DNA from: Synechocystis sp. PCC 6803 substr. PCC-P
Lineage (GTDB): Bacteria; Cyanobacteriota; Cyanobacteriia; Cyanobacteriales; Microcystaceae
Direction of reading: 5' to 3'
Assembly: GCF_000284455.1 (NCBI RefSeq)
Contig: NC_017039.1
Span: forward strand, 540,001-572,000
DNA length: 32,000 bases
Positions 9,235 to 19,116 of the stretch are shown piece after piece. Below the pieces are notes generated by a model. It did no database searches, had not been told where the DNA came from, and was given only the letters and a program-made list of their open reading frames with translations. Position 1 is the stretch's first letter, and each line of letters opens with the position of its first letter. Made by a program: the position numbers and the translations under genes.

Positions 9235-9746
9235 CCCAACCCTGCGGCGGCATGGGCTTTAGCTAAACGAACATAGTTTTGTCCGTGGTCTAGTAGACCT
9301 TGGACCTGGCCTTCACTCACCTGTTTAATAATTTTTGCTGGTACTCCCATCACCAAAGACCGGGGGGGCACATCCTTGGTCACCACGGCTCCAGCACCGA
9401 TGATACTGCCAGCACCAATGCGAACATTATCCAAAATAGTTGCTCCAATGCCGATCAAGCTACCCCGTTCAATGTGGGCGGCGTGGACCACAGCCCGGTG
9501 GCCAACGGTGACCCAATCTTCTAGTACGGTGACAATGCCCGGATCGCCGTGGAGTATGGCTCCATCTTGGATATTAGTGCCTTCCCCAATGATTATGGCT
9601 TCCAGATCCGCCCGTACCACAGCTCCGTACCAAATACTACAATCCTTGCCTAAGTGGACTTTGCCGACCACAGTGGCATTGGCTGCCACAAACGCTGCTG
9701 GGGATAAATCCGGTGGAGTAAGGTAAATGGGAAAGTTTGCGTCCAT
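9231..9746 (-). CDS. gamma-carbonic-anhydrase-like left-handed beta-helix hexapeptide protein
   Basis: Hexapeptide-repeat protein with '[25 protein letters not shown]' and '[60 protein letters not shown]'. Start likely at the internal Met ([10 protein letters not shown]); the ORF extends to 9812. Confidence 0.87.
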   Translation of the reverse strand: MDANFPIYLTPPDLSPAAFVAANATVVGKVHLGKDCSIWYGAVVRADLEAIIIGEGTNIQDGAILHGDPGIVTVLEDWVTVGHRAVVHAAHIERGSLIGIGATILDNVRIGAGSIIGAGAVVTKDVPPRSLVMGVPAKIIKQVSEGQVQGLLDHGQNYVRLAKAHAAAGLG

Positions 9747-10095
9747 AACACCCTTGAGAGCCTGTTTGCAAAGTTTGGAATGGGGGTTAATCCCGCCAGG
9801 CACCTTTAGCAAGGGAGAAAAAAAATGAAAGTTTTTCCTTCAAGGGGGATTTAGGGCTGACCATACCACTTTTCTAACCCACTCCCACAATGAACACAAA
9901 AACAGTTTTGGGCAATTTTCCGTTATTTCGCCATACCAGCAAAAAAAATTTCGCGCTACCATTGAGGGCAACAAAATGGGACTTGGGTAGTCTAAATTTC
10001 CCAATCCTTTAGGGGGAAGTCTCTGTTTTGGTCAAGGCCCATGGCTTTTGGGTTCTTGAACGTTGTTGTTGTTGCCGCAAGGCGAAATTTTTGTT

Positions 10096-10431
10096 ATGCA
10101 CTATACCTTTGATATTTTGGGGGTAACGCCGGTTTTCACCTTTTTTAACTATCAACAAGAGGTGGAAAATAACCCCCGCCGCAGTATGGCCTACCTGGGC
10201 AGTCCCGAATGCACTTTGGATGGGCTGATTCAAGCTACAGAATTAATTCCCGACAAACCTGACTGGGACTGGGACGCAGTGGTAAAAACCATGGTTAACT
10301 TTTGGTTGCACCACGAATCCAATATTCAGACTTGGCGACGGGAAATGGCCAGTTTTAGTGAAGCAACTTTACTGGTGGCTAGGGTTGCCAATACCCATGT
10401 GCTCCGTCAAGAGTTTGAAGCTCTGCTTTAG
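10096..10431 (+). CDS. conserved hypothetical cyanobacterial protein
   Basis: ORF track 10063-10431. Start more likely at the internal ATG (MHYTFDILGV...). Recognised only as a coding-like ORF with coherent composition. Confidence 0.6.
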   Translation: MHYTFDILGVTPVFTFFNYQQEVENNPRRSMAYLGSPECTLDGLIQATELIPDKPDWDWDAVVKTMVNFWLHHESNIQTWRREMASFSEATLLVARVANTHVLRQEFEALL

Positions 10432-10634
10432 CAACTAGGACAATGTTTGTATAGCGTTCCCGGTGTTCTCATTTCTTTTACCGGGCTGGGTTGTTCCATT
10501 GACCGCAATATTATGATGGCTTTGAGTTTGCCACCAATCGAACAAGGCTAAAGTTCTCTTTCTCTAGCTTTGCAAGAATCCAGAAGACAAACTCAGAAAC
10601 CTTAATTTCCTCAACCTAATTTTTTGTTGCCGCT

Positions 10635-12272
10635 TTGAACTTGATAAAACCCATTTGCCAATCCATGGTTACCAGGGATGGGATCCGCTTGGACAGCGAT
10701 CTTTACTATCCCAACTCCGGTGGGCCATGGCCGGCCCTGTTGATGCGGCAACCCTACGGCCGCCGTTTAGCTTCCACCCTGGTGTATGCCCATCCCCATT
10801 GGTACGCTGCCCAGGGTTATTTAGTCATTATCCAAGATGTACGGGGTCGAGGGAGTTCGGAGGGAGAATTTGATCTATTTGCCCACGAAGTAGAAGACGG
10901 CCAGGATTGCCTAGATTGGGTTTCTAAGCTACCCCAATGTGAAGGTTCTGTGGCCACCTATGGTTTTTCTTACCAGGGCATGACCCAACTGTATGCTGCT
11001 GCCAACCACCATCCGAGTTTGAAAACCATTTGCCCGGCCATGATCGCCTGGGATTTATATCAAGATTGGGCCCATGAAAATGGGGCTTTTTGTCTGCAAA
11101 ATAACCTCGGCTGGGCCCTACAGTTGGCGACGGATTCTGCCAAGCGGCGGAAAGATGAGCAAACTTTTCGAAGGTTGATGCGCCTAGCAAAAAGTTACGA
11201 TTTTTCTGGTTTCCAACCAGCCATTCCCGATCGCCTGGGGGAGTTGGCCCCGGATTCCTTTTACCATCAATGGATCAGTCAACCTCCAGAAGCAGATTAT
11301 TGGCAACGGCGATCGCCAGATCAACGCTGGCAAATTAGGGAAAAAATTGACATTCCCGTGTTGCAAATTGGCGGTTGGTTTGATCCCCATCTGCGAGGTA
11401 ATTGGCGTTTATATGCAGAATTAGAAAGATGTGGCATTCAGCAAAAAATGGTGGTGGGGCCCTGGGGGCATTTTCCCTGGGGCAGTCGGGCCGGGGGACA
11501 AAATTATGGTGAGTCTGCCATCAGTGGGGTGGATCAGTTGCAATTAGCCTGGTTTGATCATTTTCTTAAAGGGCAAGAGCCCCGCTTTAATCCAGCCAAG
11601 TTGGAGTTATTTGACCTGGGCACCAAGCAATGGCGATATTTAACTGACTTGCCCTCGACGCAACAAAGCTGGTTTTTACAATGCTCTGGTTTAGGTACTA
11701 CCCAAGGCAGTGCTTTGACGGCAAAGGTCCCAGCAAGGTCAACGGAGGAAATTAGCGATGTTTGGGTTCATGATCCCTGGCGACCCGTACCCAGTTTGGG
11801 GGGGCATAGTGGTTATCCCCAGGGAGTGAAGGAAAGAAGTACTATTGATGATCGCAGTGATGTGGTTACCTATACTTCTGAGCCTTTGCAGAAAAGTTTA
11901 ACCATCTGTGGTGTTCCCCAAATTTTCCTCACTTTGGAATCCGATCGCCCTAGTTTCGATGTAGCGGTGAGTTTGTCTCAATTTAGGGTCACTGGAGAAG
12001 TGTGGGCCCTCAGCCAGGGTTACTGTACTAGCTGTAAGCAAACAGCTAATTTGGAAATTTGTCTCCAGGCAATTTGTGTAACTTTGTCCCCTGGCGATTG
12101 CCTGCGCATTAGTTTAGCGGGGGCAAGCTTTCCTGCTTATCCCGTCAACCCTGGCACTGGTCAGCAGGCGGTTTTGGCGAATTTGGTTGATCAGCAAATT
12201 ATTACCCTGGCTTTGGTCACCGATGGCCCAACCCAAAATCATCTGCTGTTGCCCATTCTCTCGGGGGAGTGA
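10635..12272 (+). CDS. CocE/NonD-family hydrolase (X-Pro dipeptidyl-peptidase-like)
   Basis: 'MVTRDGIRLDSDLYYP', 'IQDVRGRGSSEGEF', nucleophile elbow 'YGFSYQGMTQ', 'GGWFDPHLRGNWRLY', 'VVGPWGHFPW' and a C-terminal jelly roll. Confidence 0.9.
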   Translation: MNLIKPICQSMVTRDGIRLDSDLYYPNSGGPWPALLMRQPYGRRLASTLVYAHPHWYAAQGYLVIIQDVRGRGSSEGEFDLFAHEVEDGQDCLDWVSKLPQCEGSVATYGFSYQGMTQLYAAANHHPSLKTICPAMIAWDLYQDWAHENGAFCLQNNLGWALQLATDSAKRRKDEQTFRRLMRLAKSYDFSGFQPAIPDRLGELAPDSFYHQWISQPPEADYWQRRSPDQRWQIREKIDIPVLQIGGWFDPHLRGNWRLYAELERCGIQQKMVVGPWGHFPWGSRAGGQNYGESAISGVDQLQLAWFDHFLKGQEPRFNPAKLELFDLGTKQWRYLTDLPSTQQSWFLQCSGLGTTQGSALTAKVPARSTEEISDVWVHDPWRPVPSLGGHSGYPQGVKERSTIDDRSDVVTYTSEPLQKSLTICGVPQIFLTLESDRPSFDVAVSLSQFRVTGEVWALSQGYCTSCKQTANLEICLQAICVTLSPGDCLRISLAGASFPAYPVNPGTGQQAVLANLVDQQIITLALVTDGPTQNHLLLPILSGE

Positions 12273-12321
12273 ACAAAAGTTTTGATTATCCAAAGGCGAT
12301 CGCCTTGCTGGGTTATTTCTT

Positions 12322-12969
12322 CTACCACTCCAGAGCCGCCGCCACAGTGGGAAAATGCTTCATAAAAATCTTCCGAGCCGCCAAAGCAATTTCCCGGTGT
12401 TCTTTTTGGGTGGCCTGGTCACAGCGGACACTGAAATAGTGGATCCAACTGCGTACAGAGCCTTTCATATATAAACGGGTAACCGTATTGAGGGGCAAAA
12501 TAGAACGGGCACACTCTTTGGCAATGCCCTTAGCCAAGGCCTCTTCATAAAGTTGATGACTTTTTTCCCACACGGCTGCCTGGGCTTGGTTGAACCATTT
12601 TTTTGTGCTTTCATCAAAGTCATCTAGGGAATTTTGACGGTTTTTCACATCCTGACGACGGGCTTCATAGCACTCATATTCGGTAGCACAGGAATACCTT
12701 AGACTAAACTCCTGAAAAGAAAACGATCGATGTCTTAAAATTTGGGGGGCGATCGCCCGGGTGGTGGTAATTTCCAAGGTCATATCCACCATTTCAAAAA
12801 TGCTCCAATGGCCTTCCCGGATGCAAAATTGCAATAGCTTAGTGTAGTTGGGATTTTCTTGGTTAGGACTAGAAACCCTAGCGCAGTAGGCAATTAGTCC
12901 CTCGGGGGAAAGGGGCTCCCCGTCAATGACAATTTCGGGTTTGGTGAGGGAAATGAAACGAACATCCAT
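12322..12969 (-). CDS. thyX: flavin-dependent thymidylate synthase ThyX
   Basis: ThyX signature [11 protein letters not shown] (RHRX7S) plus 'FSLRYS' and '[12 protein letters not shown]'. Start chosen at MDVRFISL; ORF extends to 13020. Confidence 0.92.
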   Translation of the reverse strand: MDVRFISLTKPEIVIDGEPLSPEGLIAYCARVSSPNQENPNYTKLLQFCIREGHWSIFEMVDMTLEITTTRAIAPQILRHRSFSFQEFSLRYSCATEYECYEARRQDVKNRQNSLDDFDESTKKWFNQAQAAVWEKSHQLYEEALAKGIAKECARSILPLNTVTRLYMKGSVRSWIHYFSVRCDQATQKEHREIALAARKIFMKHFPTVAAALEW

Positions 12970-13166
12970 GGTTAAAAATAGGCCACTATGGGGAGGAGAT
13001 TTATCGTTGGCCTTGGTCAATGCAGGGCAAAATCAGCATTGCCCCACAAAAAAATTCCCCAGCTATGGCCAACGGGGGACAACTTGGGGATATCAGCTTA
13101 ATTGTGGTCCAACAAATTTTCTTAAGCGACCAGGTAAAATGACAAGCCCCAGGGGCGATCGCCAGT

Positions 13167-13304
13167 TTATTTAAAACCAACCGCCGCTTGCCACACAAAG
13201 GCCAAAGCCAAAAAGAAGAGGGGAATGACCGGCAGAACATCCACCAGGGGGTCAAAAATCTGATAGGCTTCCGGCAATTTAGCGAGCAAATAAATTGTTT
13301 CCAT
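13167..13304 (-). CDS. psbK: photosystem II reaction centre protein PsbK
   Basis: Hand translation of the minus strand gives [45 protein letters not shown] (45 aa), the canonical PsbK sequence. It is missing from the supplied ORF track (too short). Confidence 0.97.
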
Positions 13305-13398
13305 TATTTGAGTTTCCTGACTGACAAAGAATAAAATCTTAATTTACGGTAAATCTTATCATGATGGCCCCTTCCCCCATTAGCCGTTTTGACGAAAT

Positions 13399-14121
13399 TC
13401 ACGAAGCGGCGATCGCCTCGCACAGAGAGACATTCTCGGAACTGTAAAGGTTCTGCATTCTATGGGCCAAACAACGGGTCAGTTTTTGGGAGCTAGCCTT
13501 GATGGTGCTGGGGTCGTAGTCCCTAGCGGCGATGCCCTGGCCAAAATTAATTTCCACTGAAGTGCCTTTGCCTGGGTAGGGGTCACTGTAGGCGATCGTC
13601 ACTGGGATCACTTTAATGTCAGTGTTGGGGTTTTGCTTACAAACTTCCATGGCAATGCGCCCAATACCCCGTTTGAGGGGATGGACAGTGTGTTGATCCC
13701 GAAAAATGCCCCCCTCAGGAAAAATGACCAACATTTCCCCTGCTTGGAGTAACTGCACACTATAACTCACACTACTGATTTCCGGCCTTTTCACGTCAAC
13801 GGGAAATCCCCCCAAATGGCGAATAAACCAACCCTGTAAACCCTGCACTTCCGTCACCGCCACCATAAAACGGAGGTCTCGACCAGTTACCCCCCGACCG
13901 GCGGCCAAAGAAAGCAAAATTGCATCCCAACGGGAACGGTGGGTAGGGGCCAGAATAATCGGGCCACTGCGGGGTAAATGCTCCTGACCATGGATGGCGA
14001 TCGGGCCAAAATACCAATGTAAAAACCTGGTGCCTAGGGGATAAATTAATTTGATTAGCCAGGGGGAAACCCTGGAAGGGCCAATGACAGCAGGGTCGAT
14101 CGCCAGGGGAGAATTGGTCAT
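13399..14121 (-). CDS. plsC: lysophospholipid/1-acyl-glycerol-3-phosphate acyltransferase (PlsC-like)
   Basis: 'APTHRSRWDAIL' (HX4D motif) and 'LVIFPEGGIFR' (EGG motif). Confidence 0.88.
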   Translation of the reverse strand: MTNSPLAIDPAVIGPSRVSPWLIKLIYPLGTRFLHWYFGPIAIHGQEHLPRSGPIILAPTHRSRWDAILLSLAAGRGVTGRDLRFMVAVTEVQGLQGWFIRHLGGFPVDVKRPEISSVSYSVQLLQAGEMLVIFPEGGIFRDQHTVHPLKRGIGRIAMEVCKQNPNTDIKVIPVTIAYSDPYPGKGTSVEINFGQGIAARDYDPSTIKASSQKLTRCLAHRMQNLYSSENVSLCEAIAAS

Positions 14122-14390
14122 GGTTACGAAAAAAATATGGGTTCTTCCTCCGACAGACGATTAAACTAGAACCTTAGTATTAATTAAATCGCTTGCCGTG
14201 GGGGGTGGTCTCTGTTTTTAAGTTAGATTAACTACTCTGGTTTGGGGACGAGCCATGGGACAGTTAAACAACAGTTGAACGGCCAAATTCCCTCCGCTAT
14301 GTTGGGGGCTGAGCCTTTCAGCTACAGTGGTTAAATAATTACCCTGGGATTATATCGGCCCTATTCCTTGGCCTATTGCTATAAATAACT

Positions 14391-14648
14391 ATGATTAGTC
14401 TTGATCAAGTCAAACAACAAATCCAAGCCGCCCTACCTGATGCCGAAGTAATGGTCAATGACCTGGGGGGAGGGGATCACCTGGAGGCCGTGGTGGTATC
14501 TTCAGCCTTTACCGGCCAGTCCCGGGTCAAACAACATCAAATGGTCTATGGTGCCCTCAAGGATGCTTTGGCTTCGGAGGCAATCCATGCCCTGGCGCTG
14601 AAAACCTTTACTCCAGAAGCCTGGGCCGTGGCCCGGCAGACTGCTTAG
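14391..14648 (+). CDS. bolA: BolA-family protein
   Basis: '[53 protein letters not shown]' is a typical BolA fold sequence. Confidence 0.92.
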
Positions 14649-14828
14649 ATTTTTCCCCTACATCGAAAATTGGCTCTTTGACATCCCCCAAAACGGCTAA
14701 AGCCAGGGGATTCCTAGACCTGTTTTCAGATAAATTTGAGTTGGGGGGTAAAATGGCAATATTTAAACAACATTAAAGTTGTTAAACTCGCCCACATCCC
14801 AATTTGTCCTTGAAGAGGAGTTGTCTGA

Positions 14829-15152
14829 ATGAATCCGGAAACGAAAGCAAGAATTGATCAGTTGGTCACCGCCAATAAGGTGATGGTCTTTATGAAGGGC
14901 ACGAAGCTGATGCCCCAGTGTGGTTTTTCCAACAATGTGGTGCAAATTCTCAATATGTTGGGTATTCCGTTTGAGACTTTAGATGTGCTGGCCGATGCGG
15001 AAATTCGTCAGGGTATTAAGGAATATTCCAATTGGCCCACCATTCCCCAGGTTTACGTCAATGGTGAATTTGTCGGTGGTTCTGACATCATGATTGAGCT
15101 CTATCAAAATGGTGAGCTGCAGGAAATGTTAGAAGTGGCCTTGGCTTCCTAG
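14829..15152 (+). CDS. grxD: monothiol CGFS glutaredoxin (Grx4/GrxD type)
   Basis: '[25 protein letters not shown]', '[20 protein letters not shown]'. Confidence 0.95.
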   Translation: MNPETKARIDQLVTANKVMVFMKGTKLMPQCGFSNNVVQILNMLGIPFETLDVLADAEIRQGIKEYSNWPTIPQVYVNGEFVGGSDIMIELYQNGELQEMLEVALAS

Positions 15153-15363
15153 GGCTTCACATTCGGTGCATAACGCTGGCGATCGCCGTGGGGGGAAGCT
15201 CTCATCTGTGGAGGGCTTCTTTCACTCCCGCCGTTCGCCAATAAGATGGCGGAGACGGTGGGATATAATCGGACAGGCTTTCGCTAGGGCGTTGTTTGCA
15301 CCTCAGCGACTTTGCTGCTTGTTTAACTCTAATTATTGTTTAACTACTTAGAAATCAATTCCC

Positions 15364-15708
15364 ATGGCACAAGGTAAAGGTTTCGGATTCGGCCTCGGTA
15401 AAATTAAGGAATTACAGGAAGCTTTCCAAAAAGCCCAACAGGTTCAAGAAGGGGCCAAAGTGCTCCAGGAAGAACTGGAAAGAATGGAAATTCCTGGCAA
15501 AAGTGCCGATGGATTGGTGACAGTGTTGATGAGTGGCAACCAAGAACCCCTCAGTATTGAAATTGATCCCAGTGCCCTTGAAAAAGGAGCAGAAGGACTA
15601 TCGGCATCCGTCACCGAAGCGATGAAAGCGGCCTATGCTGAGTCCACGGAAACCATGCGCTCTAAAATGGAAGAGTTAACCAGCGGTTTGAATTTACCCG
15701 GTATGTAG
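15364..15708 (+). CDS. YbaB/EbfC-family nucleoid-associated protein
   Basis: '[60 protein letters not shown]'. Confidence 0.92.
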   Translation: MAQGKGFGFGLGKIKELQEAFQKAQQVQEGAKVLQEELERMEIPGKSADGLVTVLMSGNQEPLSIEIDPSALEKGAEGLSASVTEAMKAAYAESTETMRSKMEELTSGLNLPGM

Positions 15709-15719
15709 GTTCGCCGCCC

Positions 15720-17048
15720 TTGCCCCCAATCGGAGAGGGATCTGTGACTCGTATTCTTAAGCTCTCGCACCTTACCCCCCAACAATTAAACCAACTCAAA
15801 CGTCGCTCGGAACAAAACATTGACCAAGCCCTGGCGATCGCCAAGGAAGTTATTGAGCAGGTAAAAATGGAGGGAGATGCGGGGGTTTTGCATTACAGCC
15901 GTCAGTTTGACTTCGCTGGGGCCACGGCGGAAAATTTGCGGGTGAGTGAAGCGGAATTTGCCGAAGCGGAAAAGTTGGTGGATCCTGAACTACGGCGGGC
16001 GGTGGAACACGCTTTTCGCAATATTGAAAAGGTTCATGCTGGGCAAATGCCTCCCCCCATGCACCTAGCGGAAATTGAGCCGGGGGTATTTGCGGGGGAA
16101 AAAATTACGCCTCTGCCCACGGTGGGTTTGTACGTGCCCAGGGGTAAGGGGGCTTTCCCTTCCATGATGTTGATGTTGGCGGTGCCGGCCCGGGTGGCAG
16201 GGGTAAAGAAAATTGTGGTTTGTACTCCCCCTGACAAAGAGGGAAAAGTGGAGCCGGTTTCCTTGGTCACTGCCCGCATGGCCGGAGTGGATGAGGTCTA
16301 TAAATTGGGTGGTGTCCAGGCCCTTGCGGCAATCGCCTACGGCACCAAAACGGTTAGCAAAGTGGATAAGCTAATTGGCCCCTGCAGCATTTACGGTGCG
16401 GCGGCGAAAAGATTACTGTCCGGCATTGTTGATGTGGGTTTACCGGCAGGACCCAGTGAGTCCATTGTTTTAGCTGATGAAACCACTGACCCCAAGCTGG
16501 CGGCGTTGGATTTGTTGATCGAAGCGGAACACGGCTCCGACTCAGCGGCGCTGTTGGTGACCCACTCTGCAAGTTTGGCGGAAAAGGCATTGGGTTATTT
16601 AGGGGAATACCTGGAAAAACTCCCCCCCTGGCGCAAAAAGTTTTGTGAAGATGGTCTGGGTTCCTATGGCGGCATTTTGCTCACTGATAGTTTGCAAGCT
16701 TCCCTAGATTTCATTAACGATTACGCTCCGGAACATTTGCAGGTGTTGACGGCGGACCCCCTCAAATTGGTGGGCAAAATCGACAATGCGGGGGAAATTT
16801 TGCTGGGCAATTACACTCCGTCTTCAGCCGCTACCTATGCCATTGGGGTAAATGCGGTGCTTCCCACGGGAGGCTTTGCCCGTTCCTACTCGGCGGTGTC
16901 GGTGTTTGATTTCCTCAAGCGTTCTACCCTAGCTTATTTAACGGAGGAAGGTTTTGCTGGGGTGAAGGAAACGGTCACTACCCTAGCGGACTATGAGGAT
17001 TTTCCAGCCCATGCCCTGGCCATACGGGAACGGGAAAATTTGCTTTAA
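15720..17048 (+). CDS. hisD: histidinol dehydrogenase
   Basis: 'GLYVPRGKGAFPSMMLMLAVPARVAGV', 'VDKLIGPCSIYGAAAKRLLSG', 'GPSESIVLADETTDPKLAALDLLIEAEHGSDSAALL'. Confidence 0.96.
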   Translation: MPPIGEGSVTRILKLSHLTPQQLNQLKRRSEQNIDQALAIAKEVIEQVKMEGDAGVLHYSRQFDFAGATAENLRVSEAEFAEAEKLVDPELRRAVEHAFRNIEKVHAGQMPPPMHLAEIEPGVFAGEKITPLPTVGLYVPRGKGAFPSMMLMLAVPARVAGVKKIVVCTPPDKEGKVEPVSLVTARMAGVDEVYKLGGVQALAAIAYGTKTVSKVDKLIGPCSIYGAAAKRLLSGIVDVGLPAGPSESIVLADETTDPKLAALDLLIEAEHGSDSAALLVTHSASLAEKALGYLGEYLEKLPPWRKKFCEDGLGSYGGILLTDSLQASLDFINDYAPEHLQVLTADPLKLVGKIDNAGEILLGNYTPSSAATYAIGVNAVLPTGGFARSYSAVSVFDFLKRSTLAYLTEEGFAGVKETVTTLADYEDFPAHALAIRERENLL

Positions 17049-17295
17049 CTTAGAATTGCTGATTGCCGTATTACTTCTGAAATATTCAACAATGCCAGTT
17101 CATTTTTAAAAGATTTAAAATTATTGTTGTTATTCAGGCGATCGCCAAGCTAATCAATAGGATAAATACCGGATAGATAATTTTTGATTATTCTCTCTAC
17201 CGTGTCCATTGATAGGGATTTCGCTTGTTTTTTCATTTACATTCACGTATCCATCGTTATCTAAGAAAGCGTTTGAAAATTACAAGACTAGGTAT

Positions 17296-17389
17296 TTATC
17301 CCCCTAAATCTCCTCACTAAAGCTCCGGCTTAAAAAGGAGAATTTTACGGCAGTTCCCCCCTTCTCAAGGGGGGCTAGGGGGGATTAAA
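17296..17389. repeat. MITE-like interspersed repeat with imperfect terminal inverted repeats and strong internal hairpin
   Basis: TTATCCCCCTA (17296-17306) is an imperfect inverted match of TAGGGGGGATTA (17376-17387). Perfect hairpin CCCCCCTT-CTC-AAGGGGGG at 17356-17374. Confidence 0.5.
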
Positions 17390-17524
17390 CAGCCAAAACC
17401 CAACTTTCCAAATATGCTCTAAGCTCATTGAGGAATTTGTCATAAATCAACAACTTAAGATTCAGATTAATACTCCAAAATTTAATTCAATTCTAAATAA
17501 TTTTTCATTAAACAATTAATCCTT

Positions 17525-19081
17525 ATGAATAATTCTACTGTCTCTAGTATTGACATTACTCCCCAAGATAGATACAACCAACAATTACTAGCCCATGTTC
17601 ATCCTCCGGACTGGATTAATCCTTCTCCTAAAGATCAATATGACCTGGTAGTTATTGGAGCTGGCACCGCTGGTTTAGTCGTAGCTGCTGGGGCAGCGGG
17701 TTTAGGTATTGGTCTTAAAGTTGCTTTAATTGAAAAGCATTTGATGGGGGGCGATTGTCTCAACTTTGGTTGCATTCCTTCTAAGGCCCTAATTAGCTCC
17801 GCAAGGGTGGTAGGAGTAATGAATAATGCTAATAGTTTAGGCATCAAAAAACCAGACAGCATTGAAATTGATTTTCCCGCTGTGATGGCGAGAATGCGTC
17901 AAATTAGGACCGGCATTAGCCACCATGACTCTGCTCAAAGATTTCGGGATTTGGGCATTGATGTTTTTCTTGGAGAAGGACATTTTGTTCGTAATAATCA
18001 AATTGAGGTGGGAGGGGCTATTCTTAACTACAAAAAAGCCATAATTGCCACTGGAGCGAAAGCGGTTAAACCTAACATTCCTGGCATAGAAGAAGTCGGA
18101 TTTTTAACTAATGAAACAGTGTTTTCCTTAACGGCATGCCCCGATCGCCTAGGGGTCATTGGAGGTGGCCCGATTGGGTGTGAGTTAGCCCAAGCTTTTC
18201 AACGATTGGGGGCGCAAGTTACGCTCTTTCATCGGGGTAGTCATTTGTTGAACAAAGAAGATCCGGAAGCGGCGGCGATTGTACAGGAATCCTTAATCAA
18301 AGATGGCATTGAACTAATTTTAAACGCCAAATTGGAACGGGCAGAATTAACTGATCGGGGTAAAGTTTTGCATTACAGGGCTAATGGCGATTCTGGCACC
18401 ATTGTAGTGGATGAAATTCTGGTTGGTGCAGGGCGAGCCCCTAATGTGGAGGAATTAAACTTAGAGGCTGTGGGGGTAAAATTTGATCGCCGAGGAGTGA
18501 AAGTCAACGATTATTTGCAAACTACCAGCCCGCAAATTTATGCCGCCGGGGATATTTGTATGGACTGGAAATTCACCCATGCCGCCGATGCCGCCGCCCG
18601 CATTGTGATTAAAAATACTCTCTTTTCTCCCTTCGGTTTAGGACGCAGTAAACTAAGCAGTTTAACCATGCCTTGGGTAACCTACACCGACCCAGAAATT
18701 GCCCATGTAGGATTAAATGAAACTATGGCTGAGGCCTTAGACATAGGCTATAAAATTATTAAAATTCCCTTTTCCCAGGTTGACCGGGCGATCGCCGCTG
18801 ACGAGACAGAGGGATTTTTGAAAATTATCCACGTAGCCAACAGTGATGAAATTTTAGGTGCTACCATTGTTGCCTCCCATGCCGGGGAAATGATTTCTGA
18901 AATTACCACGGCTATTGTTAATAAAATTGGCTTAAGCAAATTAGCCGGGGTGATCCATCCCTATCCCACCCAGGCCGAAGCGATTAAAAAAGCCGCCGAT
19001 ACTTACCGCCGTACTTTGCTCACTAATAATACGAAAAATTTACTAAAACTTCTAACTAAATTTCCCAGTAAATTATTCTAG
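17525..19081 (+). CDS. FAD-dependent pyridine nucleotide-disulfide oxidoreductase (annotated as mercuric reductase-like in relatives)
   Basis: 'VVIGAGTAGLVVAAGAAG', redox motif 'GGDCLNFGCIPSKAL', 'GVIGGGPIGCELAQAFQRLG', 'AAGDICM', C-terminal 'HPYPTQAEAIKKAAD'. Confidence 0.88.
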   Translation: MNNSTVSSIDITPQDRYNQQLLAHVHPPDWINPSPKDQYDLVVIGAGTAGLVVAAGAAGLGIGLKVALIEKHLMGGDCLNFGCIPSKALISSARVVGVMNNANSLGIKKPDSIEIDFPAVMARMRQIRTGISHHDSAQRFRDLGIDVFLGEGHFVRNNQIEVGGAILNYKKAIIATGAKAVKPNIPGIEEVGFLTNETVFSLTACPDRLGVIGGGPIGCELAQAFQRLGAQVTLFHRGSHLLNKEDPEAAAIVQESLIKDGIELILNAKLERAELTDRGKVLHYRANGDSGTIVVDEILVGAGRAPNVEELNLEAVGVKFDRRGVKVNDYLQTTSPQIYAAGDICMDWKFTHAADAAARIVIKNTLFSPFGLGRSKLSSLTMPWVTYTDPEIAHVGLNETMAEALDIGYKIIKIPFSQVDRAIAADETEGFLKIIHVANSDEILGATIVASHAGEMISEITTAIVNKIGLSKLAGVIHPYPTQAEAIKKAADTYRRTLLTNNTKNLLKLLTKFPSKLF

Positions 19082-19116
19082 AAAACATGGTTGAAAACCC
19101 TAAAATTGTACTCAAT

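Noticed and set aside
13001-13255. Minus-strand 84 aa ORF
   Set aside because: Overlaps the true psbK in a different frame, and its translation (Cys/Trp-rich, [11 protein letters not shown]...) matches nothing recognisable.
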